DNA of 64,000 nt from Selaginella moellendorffii (taxonomy: Eukaryota > Plantae > Lycopodiophyta). The position numbers and the translations under genes were made by a program. The notes below the pieces were generated by a model, which saw only the letters and a list, made by a program, of their open reading frames with translations, searched no databases and had not been told where the DNA came from. This document shows, one piece after another, positions 11,169 to 22,745 of the stretch. Location: NCBI RefSeq assembly GCF_000143415.4, contig NW_003314286.1, positions 965,643 to 1,029,642 on the forward strand. The letters are read 5' to 3'. Positions within the stretch are counted from its first letter, which is position 1, and every line of letters starts with the position of its first letter.

Positions 11169-14167
11169 TCAAGCCCGTCGTTGCCTCTTGAGCCTCTCAA
11201 GAGCTCCCAGAGGTTCGTCTTTGTCCCTGTTGTTCTCCTTCCCGGCCTTTGGATTTGCCGGAGCCTTTCCATCGTCTTCTTTTCCTCCATTCTCGGCCTT
11301 GTGAGCCAATCCTCCAAACACCGCGTCGGGAACAGCCTTTTGGACGAGCTTCTCGCCAGTCTCGTCTTCCTCGTCGCTCTCCGGCAACTCTATCTCGTCC
11401 GGATTCTTTTTCGCGTCTCCGGGAGCAAGGATCCTCCCTTCGGCCGCCTGGACTCCAGCGCTCACAAATCCCAGCTGCCTCAAACCTTCTTTCAGCGTCG
11501 ACGGAGGCTGCGTCTGACCGACCGGAGCAATCTGCCTTTCGAGAGCGGCCATTTCGTCCTCTGGAACCCCGGCGCGCTTCAGAGTGTCTACAGTTTCTTC
11601 CAGAGAGAGCCGTCCTTGATCTCGTTGCATCAAGTACTCCGGCATTATCATGTGCATCTGTTTGGAAAAGTTGATGAGCAAAGCCGGATTCTAGAGGAAC
11701 GGGAGGAAGAAAACGAAAACTTGCCTGAGTGTAGCTGGCATGCACGCTACGTTTGATCCGGAGCATCTCCTTGAAAGTGTCGTGGTTTCCATGCGTAACC
11801 TCGAAGTCATGCCATTTCGACCAGACCTCGGTATCTGACCGTGGATCTGCCATTTGCGACGCGTAGATATAAATAGCACGAGCACGATCGATCTCTCCCA
11901 GCGTCCTCTCCAGCTCTGCAAACTTCAGACACATAAGCTTCGCGTCTTTGTCTGGAAGACCGGATTGAATAGCTTCCTGGAAGAAATAACAACACAAGAG
12001 AAGGTTAAGTCACGGCAAAGAAACTACGGGAAAGCAAAAAACGAATTTTTACCTCGTAGATATCCCGTGTCTTAGGAACGCCATATATCTCAGCTGCTCT
12101 GGCAATGTAGATGTCATAGACGCTCAGCTTTTCACCATCGAGAACTGCCTTAGTCGCCCGATCGTAGATTTTCATCGCGCGTTGCGCCAGTCCAAAGTCT
12201 TCTTCAAGCTTTGCATATTGTAGATAAACTGGTTTCGCATCCTCCGGAGTAACCTTCTCGATGGCCTGCTCAAACAAGTCCCTTGCTCTTTCCAGCTTCT
12301 TCCCACCGTAGCGTTGGACAAACTTCGTGAGATACGTTGTCCAGATATCCCGTGCATGAGGATACTTGAAAACCTGGACACCTTTCTCGTACACCCCAAA
12401 CGCGTCCTCAAAGTACTTGTTCTCCTCCAGCATCGCCGCATAGTTGATGATAATCTGCGGCGTAGCTATCTTGTGCACCAGAATCTGATCGTAGACCTTT
12501 CGAGTAGACTCGAGAGTACCCAGGCTCTCTTCCAAATCCACGTAAGTCGACCACAGCTTGAGTGACCTGTAGAGCTTCATCTGAACGGGAAGATCACGGT
12601 CCCCTTGCATCAGCTTCTTCGTCGCGAAAGACGGCTCCATTGTCGCCTTCTTGAGGATGTCTCGAGCAGTTTTGTAGTTTTTGTGCTTCATCTCCATCTC
12701 GGCCCAGGCGCAGTACAGGCTCGCGAGGTCGTCCACTGTCTTGTAAATCTTCTGAACTGCTTTCTCAAACACCACCCGAGCGTTCTTCAAGTCGTTCTGC
12801 GACTCGTATAGGTGCGCGTAAGCTGTCCACAGGGAGTGATACTTCCCGACAGCTTTGAAGGGGTCCACAGTCATCACCGCCTCAGTGTAAGTTCTGACTT
12901 GGCGAGCAGGATTGTCCTTGAAAAGACTCGCTCGCTTGTGCCACTCATGGACGTTGTGGGGATTTTGCCTGAGCACCACGCTGCTAAGAAGCTCGGGCCT
13001 CCGCTCGATCAAGTACGAAAACCTCGCCAGGAGCAAGTCGACGTCGTTCTCATCAAACACCCAGAAATCCTTGAGATTGTCCTTCTTCCACTGCGCTAGA
13101 ATCTTCCTCTCCCTCCTACGCTTCTTTAGCTCCTTTTCCGGCAGCGCCACCGTGTTCCCATCCGCATCCACTTCCACCATCTCCGACTCATCCAGTTCCT
13201 CCTCGGACTCCTCATCCTCCTCTCCCATCCGGCTCATCTTGGCAGAGAGCAAACTCTCCTCGAACTTGGAGTACGCATCGAAGATGAGGCTAAAGTCCCT
13301 GACCGTGGTGACCGTCGTCATCCCCTCCTCGTACACATCCCTGACTTTCTCGAACAGCGACAACCGCGCGTAGTAATCCGCCAAGGAAGTCCACAAGCGC
13401 CCGACCTCGTCCGTAAAGTTCCGGATACCACCCCGGATGATCGCATCCACCTGGAGCCCCGACACCTCGTGTGCATGCTTGGTGAGCAAATCGCAAAGCT
13501 CAAGCCATAGCTGGTGCCGCGTCTTGGACTTGACGGACTGGAAGCTCTGATCGTTGAGAACCTCGGCCAGGCGCTCGGCGGCCTCTTGCCACTTGCCGGA
13601 ATCCATCAAGAACTCGATGAAGTCCTCCATGTGTGACGGCTCAAACTTGAGGAACCGCCGATGAACTCTAAATCCCGTCTCGCTGGGCACGCCGGGCTGC
13701 CTCACGAACCTGAGATAGAGCTCCCAGATCCTCTCGTGCTGCGTCACGGGCAGCGAGAAGAGCGCTCGATCGAACGTCCTCCTGGCCTTGGTGACATACC
13801 TCTGCTCGACCAGGGACTGGAGGTAGAGCAGCCAAATCCTGGGCATCTTGTGCATTGTGACGAGCGCGCGCTCGAAAGTGTTGTTGACGGATTCAAAGCT
13901 CGCGTGGCCCGGCGGGAGGCCGCGCACGGCCTCCATGCGCTCCAGGAGGTAGGAATGCCACAGCTTGTAGCTCCCGGGGAGGAACTTGAGCGCGCGCTCG
14001 TAGAGGATGATCCTCTTGCGGAAGGGGACATCAAACCTGGCTTGAATGTAGCGCCACCAGAGGCGCATGGAGTAGGAATTCCGGAGGATCTCCTCCTCGT
14101 ACACCAGCTCCTCGTCCGTGGGGAGGAGGTCCGGATTCATCTCCGACAAGCTCTGCTGCTGCGCCAT
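11169..14167 (-). CDS. SYF1: Pre-mRNA splicing factor SYF1/XAB2 (HAT repeats), 3 exons
   Basis: YEEEILRNSYSMRLWWRYI, LPGSYKLW, MHKMPRIW, LRQNPHNVHEWHKR, SLKLWSTYVDLEESLGT, HGNHDTFKEMLRIKRSV, NPDEIEL. Confidence 0.95.
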
Positions 14168-14256
14168 ACCTGCGGAAGAACCCTAACCCTGGAATATACC
14201 CCAGATGCTTGATACCCTTTATCTTCGATCAAAAAGATTATAATTTTTATTTAGGT

Positions 14257-14682
14257 TTAATCGCCACTAGCACATCCTTTGCATCCACATGTCTGGCACT
14301 CCAAAACCTTGACCTCCCGATTGGTTCGAGGCACTCGACACACACAAGCCGTTCCGAAGTTAAAATTTGCCTTGTGTATACAGCTTGAGCAGCACAGCGT
14401 CTCAAACCCTTGGCGCTTCCAGTGCGTCATCAAGCTCCCATCCACAAGCTTGTACTCCACACAAAATTCATAGAGCTCACGCGAGATCGTTTTCTCCTTG
14501 TGGTAGAGATCAAAGATATAGCGGCTCCTCTGGTGATTGATCTTTGAGATCTCCCAAGAATCCTCACATCTCCTTTTATCCTCAATCGGATTGTTGACTA
14601 CTTCCCGCATCCGAGTCTCAAAAGAATTGAGACGCTCCTCAATCTGCGACCATCCCTCCGGCTTCACGCTTGGCAACCTCAT
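14257..14682 (-). CDS. BUD31: BUD31/G10 homolog, intronless and divergent
   Basis: PEGWSQIEERL, HQRSRYIFDLY, ISRELYEFC, WKRQGFETLCCSSCI, CVCRVP, CQTCGCKGCASGD. Confidence 0.9.
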   Translation of the reverse strand: MRLPSVKPEGWSQIEERLNSFETRMREVVNNPIEDKRRCEDSWEISKINHQRSRYIFDLYHKEKTISRELYEFCVEYKLVDGSLMTHWKRQGFETLCCSSCIHKANFNFGTACVCRVPRTNREVKVLECQTCGCKGCASGD

Positions 14683-15055
14683 TTTCTAAAACCCTCGGGA
14701 CATCAACCCATCTTTTATAGAGCACGCTTAAAAAGGTTTTACCTTTTTTTTAAGGTACAAATCGACGGTTAGGGGAATCGGACGCTAAACCCTCTCACCT
14801 CCTTCCACTTCCACCATCTCCGACTCATCCAGTTCCTCCTCGACAGAGCGGAGGCCCGAGCGTGGCGCTCAAGCAAAGATCCCCACAACGTCCATATGTT
14901 TATTATTTATCATTGCACTTTATATATAAATTAAATTGAAGAACTCGAGTCGATTCGAAACCAGGATCGATTAGGGTTTAGAGGAGGCCGCGAGAGACAG
15001 AGAGAGGGCGTGTGGCAGTGCCAAAGGGCTAGATCGCAGCGCCGCCTCGAGCGCG

Positions 15056-16058
15056 ATGTTTCTCTTCGATTGGTTTTACAGCGTGTTGGCCACGCTCGGG
15101 CTGTGGCAGAAGGAGGCCAAGATTCTCTTCCTAGGTCTCGACAATGCGGGGAAAACAACGCTTCTCCACATGCTCAAGGACGAGGTGAGTGGTTTCCAGC
15201 TTACCCTAGATCTCCATCGCGTTCTGAGGCCGCCTCTCTTGCGCGCTCTTTTGGTTTTTTGTTTTCTTTTCTCGCAATTCTTCCAGAGATTGGTACAGCA
15301 CCAGCCCACCCAGTATCCAACATCCGAGGAGCTAAGCATCAACAAGATCAAATTCAAGGCCTTCGATCTGGGGGGTCACCAGATCGCGCGACGCGTGTGG
15401 AAGGACTACTATGCCAAGGTTGGACACTCATCTGAGAATTCTTTTATGTGTTTGCCTTGGTTTTCTACTCAAACTCCTTGCTTGAATCGTTACTTGTTCT
15501 TTCTTATCAAATGCTCGTCCTGTTCGCTTCTCTAGCTCTTGATTCCGTCACTTGGTCTGGCTTTTTCGAATCCAATGCTTTGCCTTTGAAGCGATGCTTC
15601 GGCAAAAGTTCTTTTTGTTTTCTTGCCAGTGATGGTTTGACTGGACGACTTGTTCTAGATCTAGTTGCTAGCGATGTTTTGTCACAAACTCGCCAGATGA
15701 TCTGACTGGATTCCATGGCTTGTTTACTTTGATCATCCAGGTGGACGGCATTGTTTACATAGTTGATGCGGCCGACCATGAGAGATTTCCCGAGGCGAAG
15801 AAGGAGCTGGATGCGCTCCTCTCGGACGACTCACTAGCGCAGGTCCCGTTCGTCATCCTTGGGAACAAGATCGATCTTCCATACGCGACCTCCGAGCAGG
15901 ATCTACGCTACAAGCTTGGACTAAACAACTACACAACGGGCAAAGGCAAGGTGGAGCTGGGAGAGAATATGCGCCCCATTGAGGTGTTTATGTGCAGCGT
16001 TGTGAGGAAGATGGGCTATGGAGAGGCCTTCCGGTGGCTGTCGGACTATATCAAATGA
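15056..16058 (+). CDS. SAR1: SAR1 small GTPase; exons at about 15056-15184, 15288-15418 and 15741-16058
   Basis: [76 protein letters not shown]...YGEAFRWLS. Confidence 0.96.
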
Positions 16059-16181
16059 TGAAAATAAAGAGTATCATAGATATTCACGGCATTTTCCGTC
16101 CGGTATTTTCAGTCTGACTGACGGAATCTTCTTTTGCGCCTATATTTGAAATACGTTTTTGAGGGTTTAGCGTTGCGAGCA

Positions 16182-18399
16182 ATGGCGTCGGTGACGAAGA
16201 TCAAGGTCGTGCGCCGTGACCTCGCCAAGGCGCCATCGACGAGCGGATCGGCCGGAATTTCGGAGGATAAGGTGAGCAGCGGCTTCTCGATCGCGCATTT
16301 CATCGATTTGACTTGGTATCGGGCCACTTCCCTCTCGAAATATTTCGATTTCTTTCTTGCGCTGCCTAGGACGATGGTAAGCGCAAGCGGGAGAAATCGG
16401 GGGCAAGCTGCTTGGTAAAGATCACGATCAAGATGCAAGGATCGGCCGGCAAGCCAAAGGCTGATGAGGTGAGCAGACATGAATAGGTATCGAGGCATTT
16501 CTCTCCTCTCTGATTCCTTGCGCTGCCTAGGCCGATGAGTACCAGGCGAAGCTTGAGATCCTTGACTCGCCAGACAGCGCGGTAAAATTCCTTACTCTTG
16601 GAAGATGGATTGATCGAGCAGAAACTTCTTTTTGTAGGAGGACAACGACGACCAGAATCGCGAGTCGCGCCAGGGAAAGCTAGGTCTTCTTGAATCGGCA
16701 GACAGCGCGGTAAGATTTCCATTCTTCTTCTTCCTCGCGCAGTGAAATTGATCGCCAGAACCACGAGTCGCGCCAGGAAAAGCTTGAGACTTTGGATCTT
16801 CTTGAATCGGCAGACAGCGCGGTGAGATCTCCATTCTTGCTTCTTCTCGGACAGGAACTTTCTTTTGTGTAGGAGGACGGCAATCTTGAGTCGCTCCAGG
16901 AAAAGCTAGAGGCTTGGCATCGTCTTGAATCAGCAGACAGCGCGGTTAGATTTCCATCCTTGCTTCTTCCTCGGGCAAGAACTTTCTTTGGTGTAGGAGC
17001 CGGAGGAGGACAACCACGAGCTAGAGACTTCGGATCTACTTGAGTCGGCGGACAGTGCGGTGAGATTCCCATCTTCCTCGTGCAGTGAAATTGACCGAGG
17101 TGCGTAGGAGGACGAGGACGATGAAGATAGCGAGTCCCAGGAGGAGCCGAAGGCAAAAGATTATCTCGAGGTATGAGTAGCAAGCTTCGATCATCGATAG
17201 ACCGGAGTTCACTGAAATATATCATGATGTAGGACAAAGAAGACCTCCAGGACGAGCCAGAATCCTCGGATTGTCCCGCATTACCAGATAGCACGGTATG
17301 AAAGTTTCTAGCGTTTTTACTCCATTGACTGATCAAGTCTATTGGACAAGGACGAGCACCACAACAAGCCCACGACCACGATGGACAATCTGACAAAGAA
17401 ATCGTCCAAGACTTGCGTCAGTGAATGGTTTCGGGTGTTGAAGGTGTTTGTTTTTTCTCATTTAACTCTTGGATGACTTATGTTTTTCGATATATTTCTA
17501 GGAGTGCCAGCAGCAACCAGCAAAAACTTCTCCTGGCAAAAGCTCAAAAGAAGAGTCGGGATCATCGAGACCATACACCTATGATGGAAGAGGTGAATGG
17601 TACTTTTGGATGTAGGAGTAGTGACGTCTTACGGTGTCGAGCTCCACATCAACTGGTTTGCTTTACCAGCTTTTGTTCTCACTTACTCGGAAAATTCTCA
17701 CAGATTACCCGCTTCTTGTTTCCTTTTTATAACCGGCTATGGTTAGACTCCTTGACTTTCATCCATTGCTCAGCAAGATCATTGAGCATTTGAAAGATCG
17801 AAATTCCTAGTTCTTTGTCCTTAGGGAGCGAAATGGGTTTCGTGAGTCTCAAGGGTTTGGTAACTCCGGAGGAGCGACGAAAGCTGGAAGATCCGAGACC
17901 TGGTCCCGTGGGCTTCCTGACTGGCTATGTATCAGCACTGATTGGCTACAGGTAAAACGAACGCCAAATCCTCCTCACAGAACACTTGATCACTGGAGAC
18001 TTCAACGGCAAGCGGGATGGCGGTGCCATCTTCCTCTGTGGCCGCACGCCTTACGACATGTAGGAGATGGACGAGAACGACGGGCCTTACCTCCTCTTTG
18101 GCGTGCTCTTGTCCAGGGGGTTTCGTGTCACTTTTTACAGGTGGGAGCGCGATGGCTATGGCGACGAGGTGCGCAAGGACGTGTGCTATCCCGCCTTCAA
18201 TTTCAACATACCGCACGAGGTTCGCGACGTGATCGGGCCGACCATCCGCGGAATGCTGAATGAAGTCATTCGGCATGATCGCACCGACGCTCGGAACAAT
18301 CTCAAGGTGCTCAAGGCGGGAAAAGACGCCAGGATGATCCAGCCGCAGGAGTACGATCTGTTCGTGGACTATCCAGATCGTGATGTTATTCTGGTGTGA
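16182..18399 (+). pseudogene. Orphan multi-exon gene or pseudogene: acidic repeats from duplicated exons, probably followed by a terminal domain exon (17825-18399) carrying two in-frame stops
   Basis: Repeated units ag|GAGGAC...GAATCGGCAGACAGCGCG|gt give phase-0 exons (e.g. EDNDDQNRESRQGKLGLLESADSA); 17833-18399 is one frame of 189 codons broken only by TAA (about 17953) and TAG (18061). Confidence 0.55.
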
Positions 18400-19877
18400 A
18401 GCTTGTGCTTGAGCAAGTTTGTGAAGTCATTTGGGTTCATTGCTGTGGCCTAGGGATCGCAAGGCTTTTCTCTCTCTCTCTACTTTGGCTGCTAGTTTGA
18501 CGAAGGCAAGCCGCCTAGACGGGCACAACAAGCGCCGGCAACCGGATTCTCTCGCCAGTGAAAGTCCTCCATTAACTCAAGGTACGCATCGCTTGACATT
18601 CATGAGTTCTTGAGAGTGAGATGGAGAAGAGGAGATGGAGCAAGTCAAGGACGGGAAAGCCAAGTCTTTGCCCTTAAGGTAAAATACATCCCCTGGACTC
18701 CAATAAACTTTTAGGGCAAGCAGTGCCATCTTCCTCTCTGTTTTCTTGTTTTTTTTGTCATCCAACACGTAACTTCATCTCTGCTTGTGAAGTTTTGAAT
18801 TTGGTAGCAGCTCAATTTTGTGAGGGAAAGCCTTGAAGATTTTAATAACTTCAAGCAATCGGTTTTCTAACAATTTTTCACAGGGGTCTATTTGGGTTGT
18901 TCTTTGATGTGTCACCAATGCCTGCCCTAGGAATTCAAATATTAGAACAGCATAGCCTGGTCTGAGGAGCCTAGTTTGCGCCTGCCTGTGCCTGACGAAG
19001 GATCACTGTCCCTAAAAAAGTACTTTAGCAGCCATAGTGCTGTAGAGCTTGAGAATGATGCCAGCCATGATGCTTTAGATATGACGAGAAGAACACCAAA
19101 ATGTTGTTATTTTGACATGTATAGACAAAAACAACCATAACTCCTAGGATATGAAGCACCTCAGCTACCACTTTAGCTTGGAGATCAACAGCTTTCTAAC
19201 AAGGCAAAGAACTACGGCATTCAGAAGATGCCATCACTGGAAACTCAGCACTACAAACTGGAAAAGAACAAAAAGTTGTACAGCAAATCTGGAGATCAAA
19301 ACAAATACAAGAGCCTCAAAATGACTCAAAGGGAATTGTTGCAGTGAGAGTTTAAGATGCGCCTAGAGCATGAGTGGAGAGCTGGGCATTTAGGCATAGT
19401 TATGGATCCTCTATTCCCCAAGATACAACCTACAAAGTCCATCAAAAGCTACTTCAAAGAGTATCGGTGTAAAGACAGGACACATTGCACAATTGTGACC
19501 ATTGCTGCTACCACCTAGAGATCAAATGTTTACTCTCACTCAACTCTTCATAAGCATCTTCCATGACTCGTTAGGTGTATGGTTGAATGGTGGCTATCAC
19601 ATTCTGGCCTCCTTTGAATTCAGTTGCTGAAAAGAAGAAGAATTTATCATTAAGACCAGTGAAAAGATTTCGCTCACCCAAGTTTTTATCTTCCACAAAG
19701 CCTAAAACTGATACCACTCGCGATATATAGACAAATAATGTAGATTTTCCCGTCAAATTGAAACACCATCATCTTCTCTGGGTGTGTAGTAACACCAAGC
19801 TGCTCCCAATCCATCAATGAAAGACACAGTTAGCATTAACCTATCCCATTAGCCAAGGCGCAGAGAAACAGGAGGTA

Positions 19878-21668
19878 TGACCACTTGGACTGACCCAGTA
19901 GTGCTAAGTCAGTATGGTCAACCCCACTGTGGCCTACCGGATCGCTTGGTACCCAGGGGGCCCAAGGAGGCCCAATAGCATTTGTAAAATTTCTTCGTAC
20001 CTGAATTTTGCAATTGCTACGTACAATTGTTATGTACTTTCTTTGTACCTAAACCCACTAAATTGTTATGAATTGTTTTTGCCTAAAATTATAGCAAGTA
20101 CAATGGTAACCCTACAATCTCTTGGTCTTGCCTGAATGTTCTTTTTTCTCGAACGCTCTGCTTGTTTTACTGCATTGTTTGACTGGACGACTTTTCTAGA
20201 TCTAGTTGCTAACCTTCAAGACGCAATCGACGGGTGGATCAGCGTGCAAGCCAAAGGTGGACGAGGTGAGCCATTTTGAAGCGGTATCGAGTGATTTCTT
20301 GCGCTGCCTAGTGCCTGGCGAAGCTTGAGATCCTTGAATCGGCAGACAGCGCAGTAAAATTCCTTATTCTTTTAAGATGGATTGATAGCAGGAACTTTCT
20401 TGTGTCTATGAGGACAACAACGACCAGAATCGCGAGTCGCACTAAGAAAAGGTAGAGACTTCGATCTTCTTCAACCGGTGGACAGCACGGTGAGATTTCC
20501 TCTTCCTCGTCCAGGAACTTTCTTTTGTGTAGGAGGACAACGACGACCAGAATCGTGAGCCAAGCTAGAGACTTCGGATTTTCTTGAACCGGCAAACAGC
20601 GTGGTAAGATTTCCATTTTTGCTTCAGTCAGGAACTTTCTTTTGTGTATAACAACGACGACCAGACTCGTGATTCGCACCAGGGAAAGCTAGAGGCTTCG
20701 GATCTTCATGAATCGGCACCATTCTTGTTGTTTCGAGAGAGTGATCGAGGTGCGTAGGAGGACAAGGGCGATCAAGATAGCGAGTCCCAGGAGGAGCCAA
20801 AGGAAAAAGATTATCTCAAGGTGAGTAGCATTCGATCATTGATAGACCCGAGTTTACTGAAATATAAATGACTTAGGACAAAGAGGATCTCCAGGACAAG
20901 CCAGAATCCTCCAATGTTCCCGCATTCCCAGAGAACATGGTACGAATGTTTCTCCATTTATTGTTATCGTGTCCATAGGAAAAGGAAGCGCAACTGGACG
21001 AGCCCACGACCACGAAGGACAGTCTGACAAAGAAAATGTGGAAGAACCGCGTCCATGACTGGTTCTGGATCATCGGAAGCGAGTCCCCAAAGGGAGAGTC
21101 CGTGGAAGAGTCGGGATCACGGAACCAAGATCCCGTAATGAAAGAGACGATTGGTTCTTCTGGCTGTAGAAGTTAGCGACGTCTTACGGTGGCGAGCTCC
21201 ACGTCAAATTGTAGCATTACTCTCATGGATAAATCCTCACAGATTACTCGGTTGTAAATTTTGAGGTCTATGGCTTTCCTGACGTATAGTGTTTCCCAGC
21301 TAGCTCCCAAACAGGTTTTGTACTATGAGATCGTTCTTATTAGCGAGATCATTCTGGCTTGAGCATTTAAAAGTTTTTTAGGTCTCTACTTCCAATGTCG
21401 AAATGGTGGCCAGTCATCCTGGAAATGCGGGCGTTGTGCCATGTACGCTTTAACCTAGCCCAGTCGGTATAGAGTAGGAAGTATGGTTAATTCGGGAGAG
21501 CCTGAAAGAATGGCGCTTGCATCCCTTGGGTTGTTAGTAAATGGGTCGCTGACTCTTGACCACTTGGATCCCCCAGTAGTGCTAAGTTGGTATGGTCAAC
21601 CACACCGTGGCCTACCGGATAGTGCTTGGTACCAGGAGGCCCGATGCCTTTTGTAAAAATTTCTTCCT
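19878..21668 (+). repeat. Dispersed repeat of about 110-120 bp (19878-19996 and 21558-21668), possibly a retroelement tail
   Basis: Both copies share gaccacttgga...cccagtagtgctaagt..gtatggtcaac..cac.gtggcctaccggat...tttgtaaaa..tttcttc. Confidence 0.55.
20175..21370 (+). pseudogene. Degraded duplicate of the 15635-17790 segment (SAR1 intron piece plus the repeat-exon gene)
   Basis: gtttgactggacgactt..tctagatctagttgcta matches SAR1 intron 2; the following blocks are collinear with 16439-17790. Confidence 0.75.
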
Positions 21669-21741
21669 CAAAAAGGTTAGTGATTCGTTTTTCCCTTGTC
21701 CATAGCGTGAAAGACGAAAAGGGTTTTTAGTCCCAAGGTTT

Positions 21742-22608
21742 ATGCCAATGAGCGATGGCGATGGGAAAACGAGGCTGGCCTTCTGGCAACACATGGTGGC
21801 GGGCTCGCTCACGGGCATCATCGAGCACTCGGCAATGTTCCCGGTGGACACCGTCAAGATCCACGTCCAGATGACTCCATCGTCAAACTCTTCTCCCTGC
21901 TCGCGAGCCCTCTCGGGCGCTGTGCGATCCATCCTCAAGAGCGATGGCCCCGCGGGCTTCTACAGGGGCCTGGGCGCGGTGGCGATCGGCGCTGGGCCCT
22001 CGCACGCCCTCCACTTTGCGGTGTACGAGCTCGTTCGCGACCGGCTCGGGGGCAACGAGGACGAGCACCGGCGGCGCCACCACCGCGTGGCGGCGGACAT
22101 GGCCGCGGGCGCCGCCGCCACCATCGCCGGCGACGCCCTCCACACGCCCATGGACGTGGTGACGTGGCGGCGTGTACGGCTGGAGGATCTTCCGTACCAA
22201 GGGTTCCTGGCGTTTTACGCGTCCTACGGCCCCTTCTCCGCCGTACAGTTCGCCACGTACGCGGCCGTCAAGAGGAGGATGCTGGACGCCGGGGAGCACC
22301 GGCGGGGGCGCTGGCCAGCGGGTTTACCACCCCGTTTGACGTGGTAAAAACGAGGCTCCAGTGCCAGGTAAAGATTTCGCTTTTCTCTTGTTGTTCATCT
22401 TGCTCATGTGATGGAATTTTCTTACCAGGGTGTTTGCGGTGCTGCGAAGTATGGGACGAATTCTATAGCTGCGGTTGCGCAACACATTGTTGCAAAGGAA
22501 GGCTGGGCGGCCTTGTTCAAGGAGGTGGTTCCTAGGGTTTTGTTGCATGGTCGACTTACGAGGCTGGGACGGCGTTTCTACGTACTTTGGACTCGTCCAA
22601 GAGCGTAA
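21742..22608 (+). pseudogene. Mitoferrin-like mitochondrial carrier pseudogene
   Basis: FWQHMVAGSLTGIIEHSAMFPVDTVK, GAGPSHALHFAVYE, TPMDVV and TTPFDVVKTRLQCQ|GVCG; internal deletions and a frameshift near 22300. Confidence 0.8.
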
Positions 22609-22745
22609 ACCAATGATTTTGTTTTTGTTGAGAGGTGTATGCCATCGTCTAGTTATCTAGACTCATTACAATTTTTGTGAGATGCCTGTATCAAATTATT
22701 CATGTTGCAAAAAACGCTATTATATGTACACGAAGAAAATCAATC

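Noticed and set aside
11100-14212. Long plus-strand ORFs antisense to SYF1 (similarly over the PYL, RING, NIPA-like and carrier genes)
   Set aside because: Shadow ORFs of GC-rich coding sequence with no recognisable motifs.
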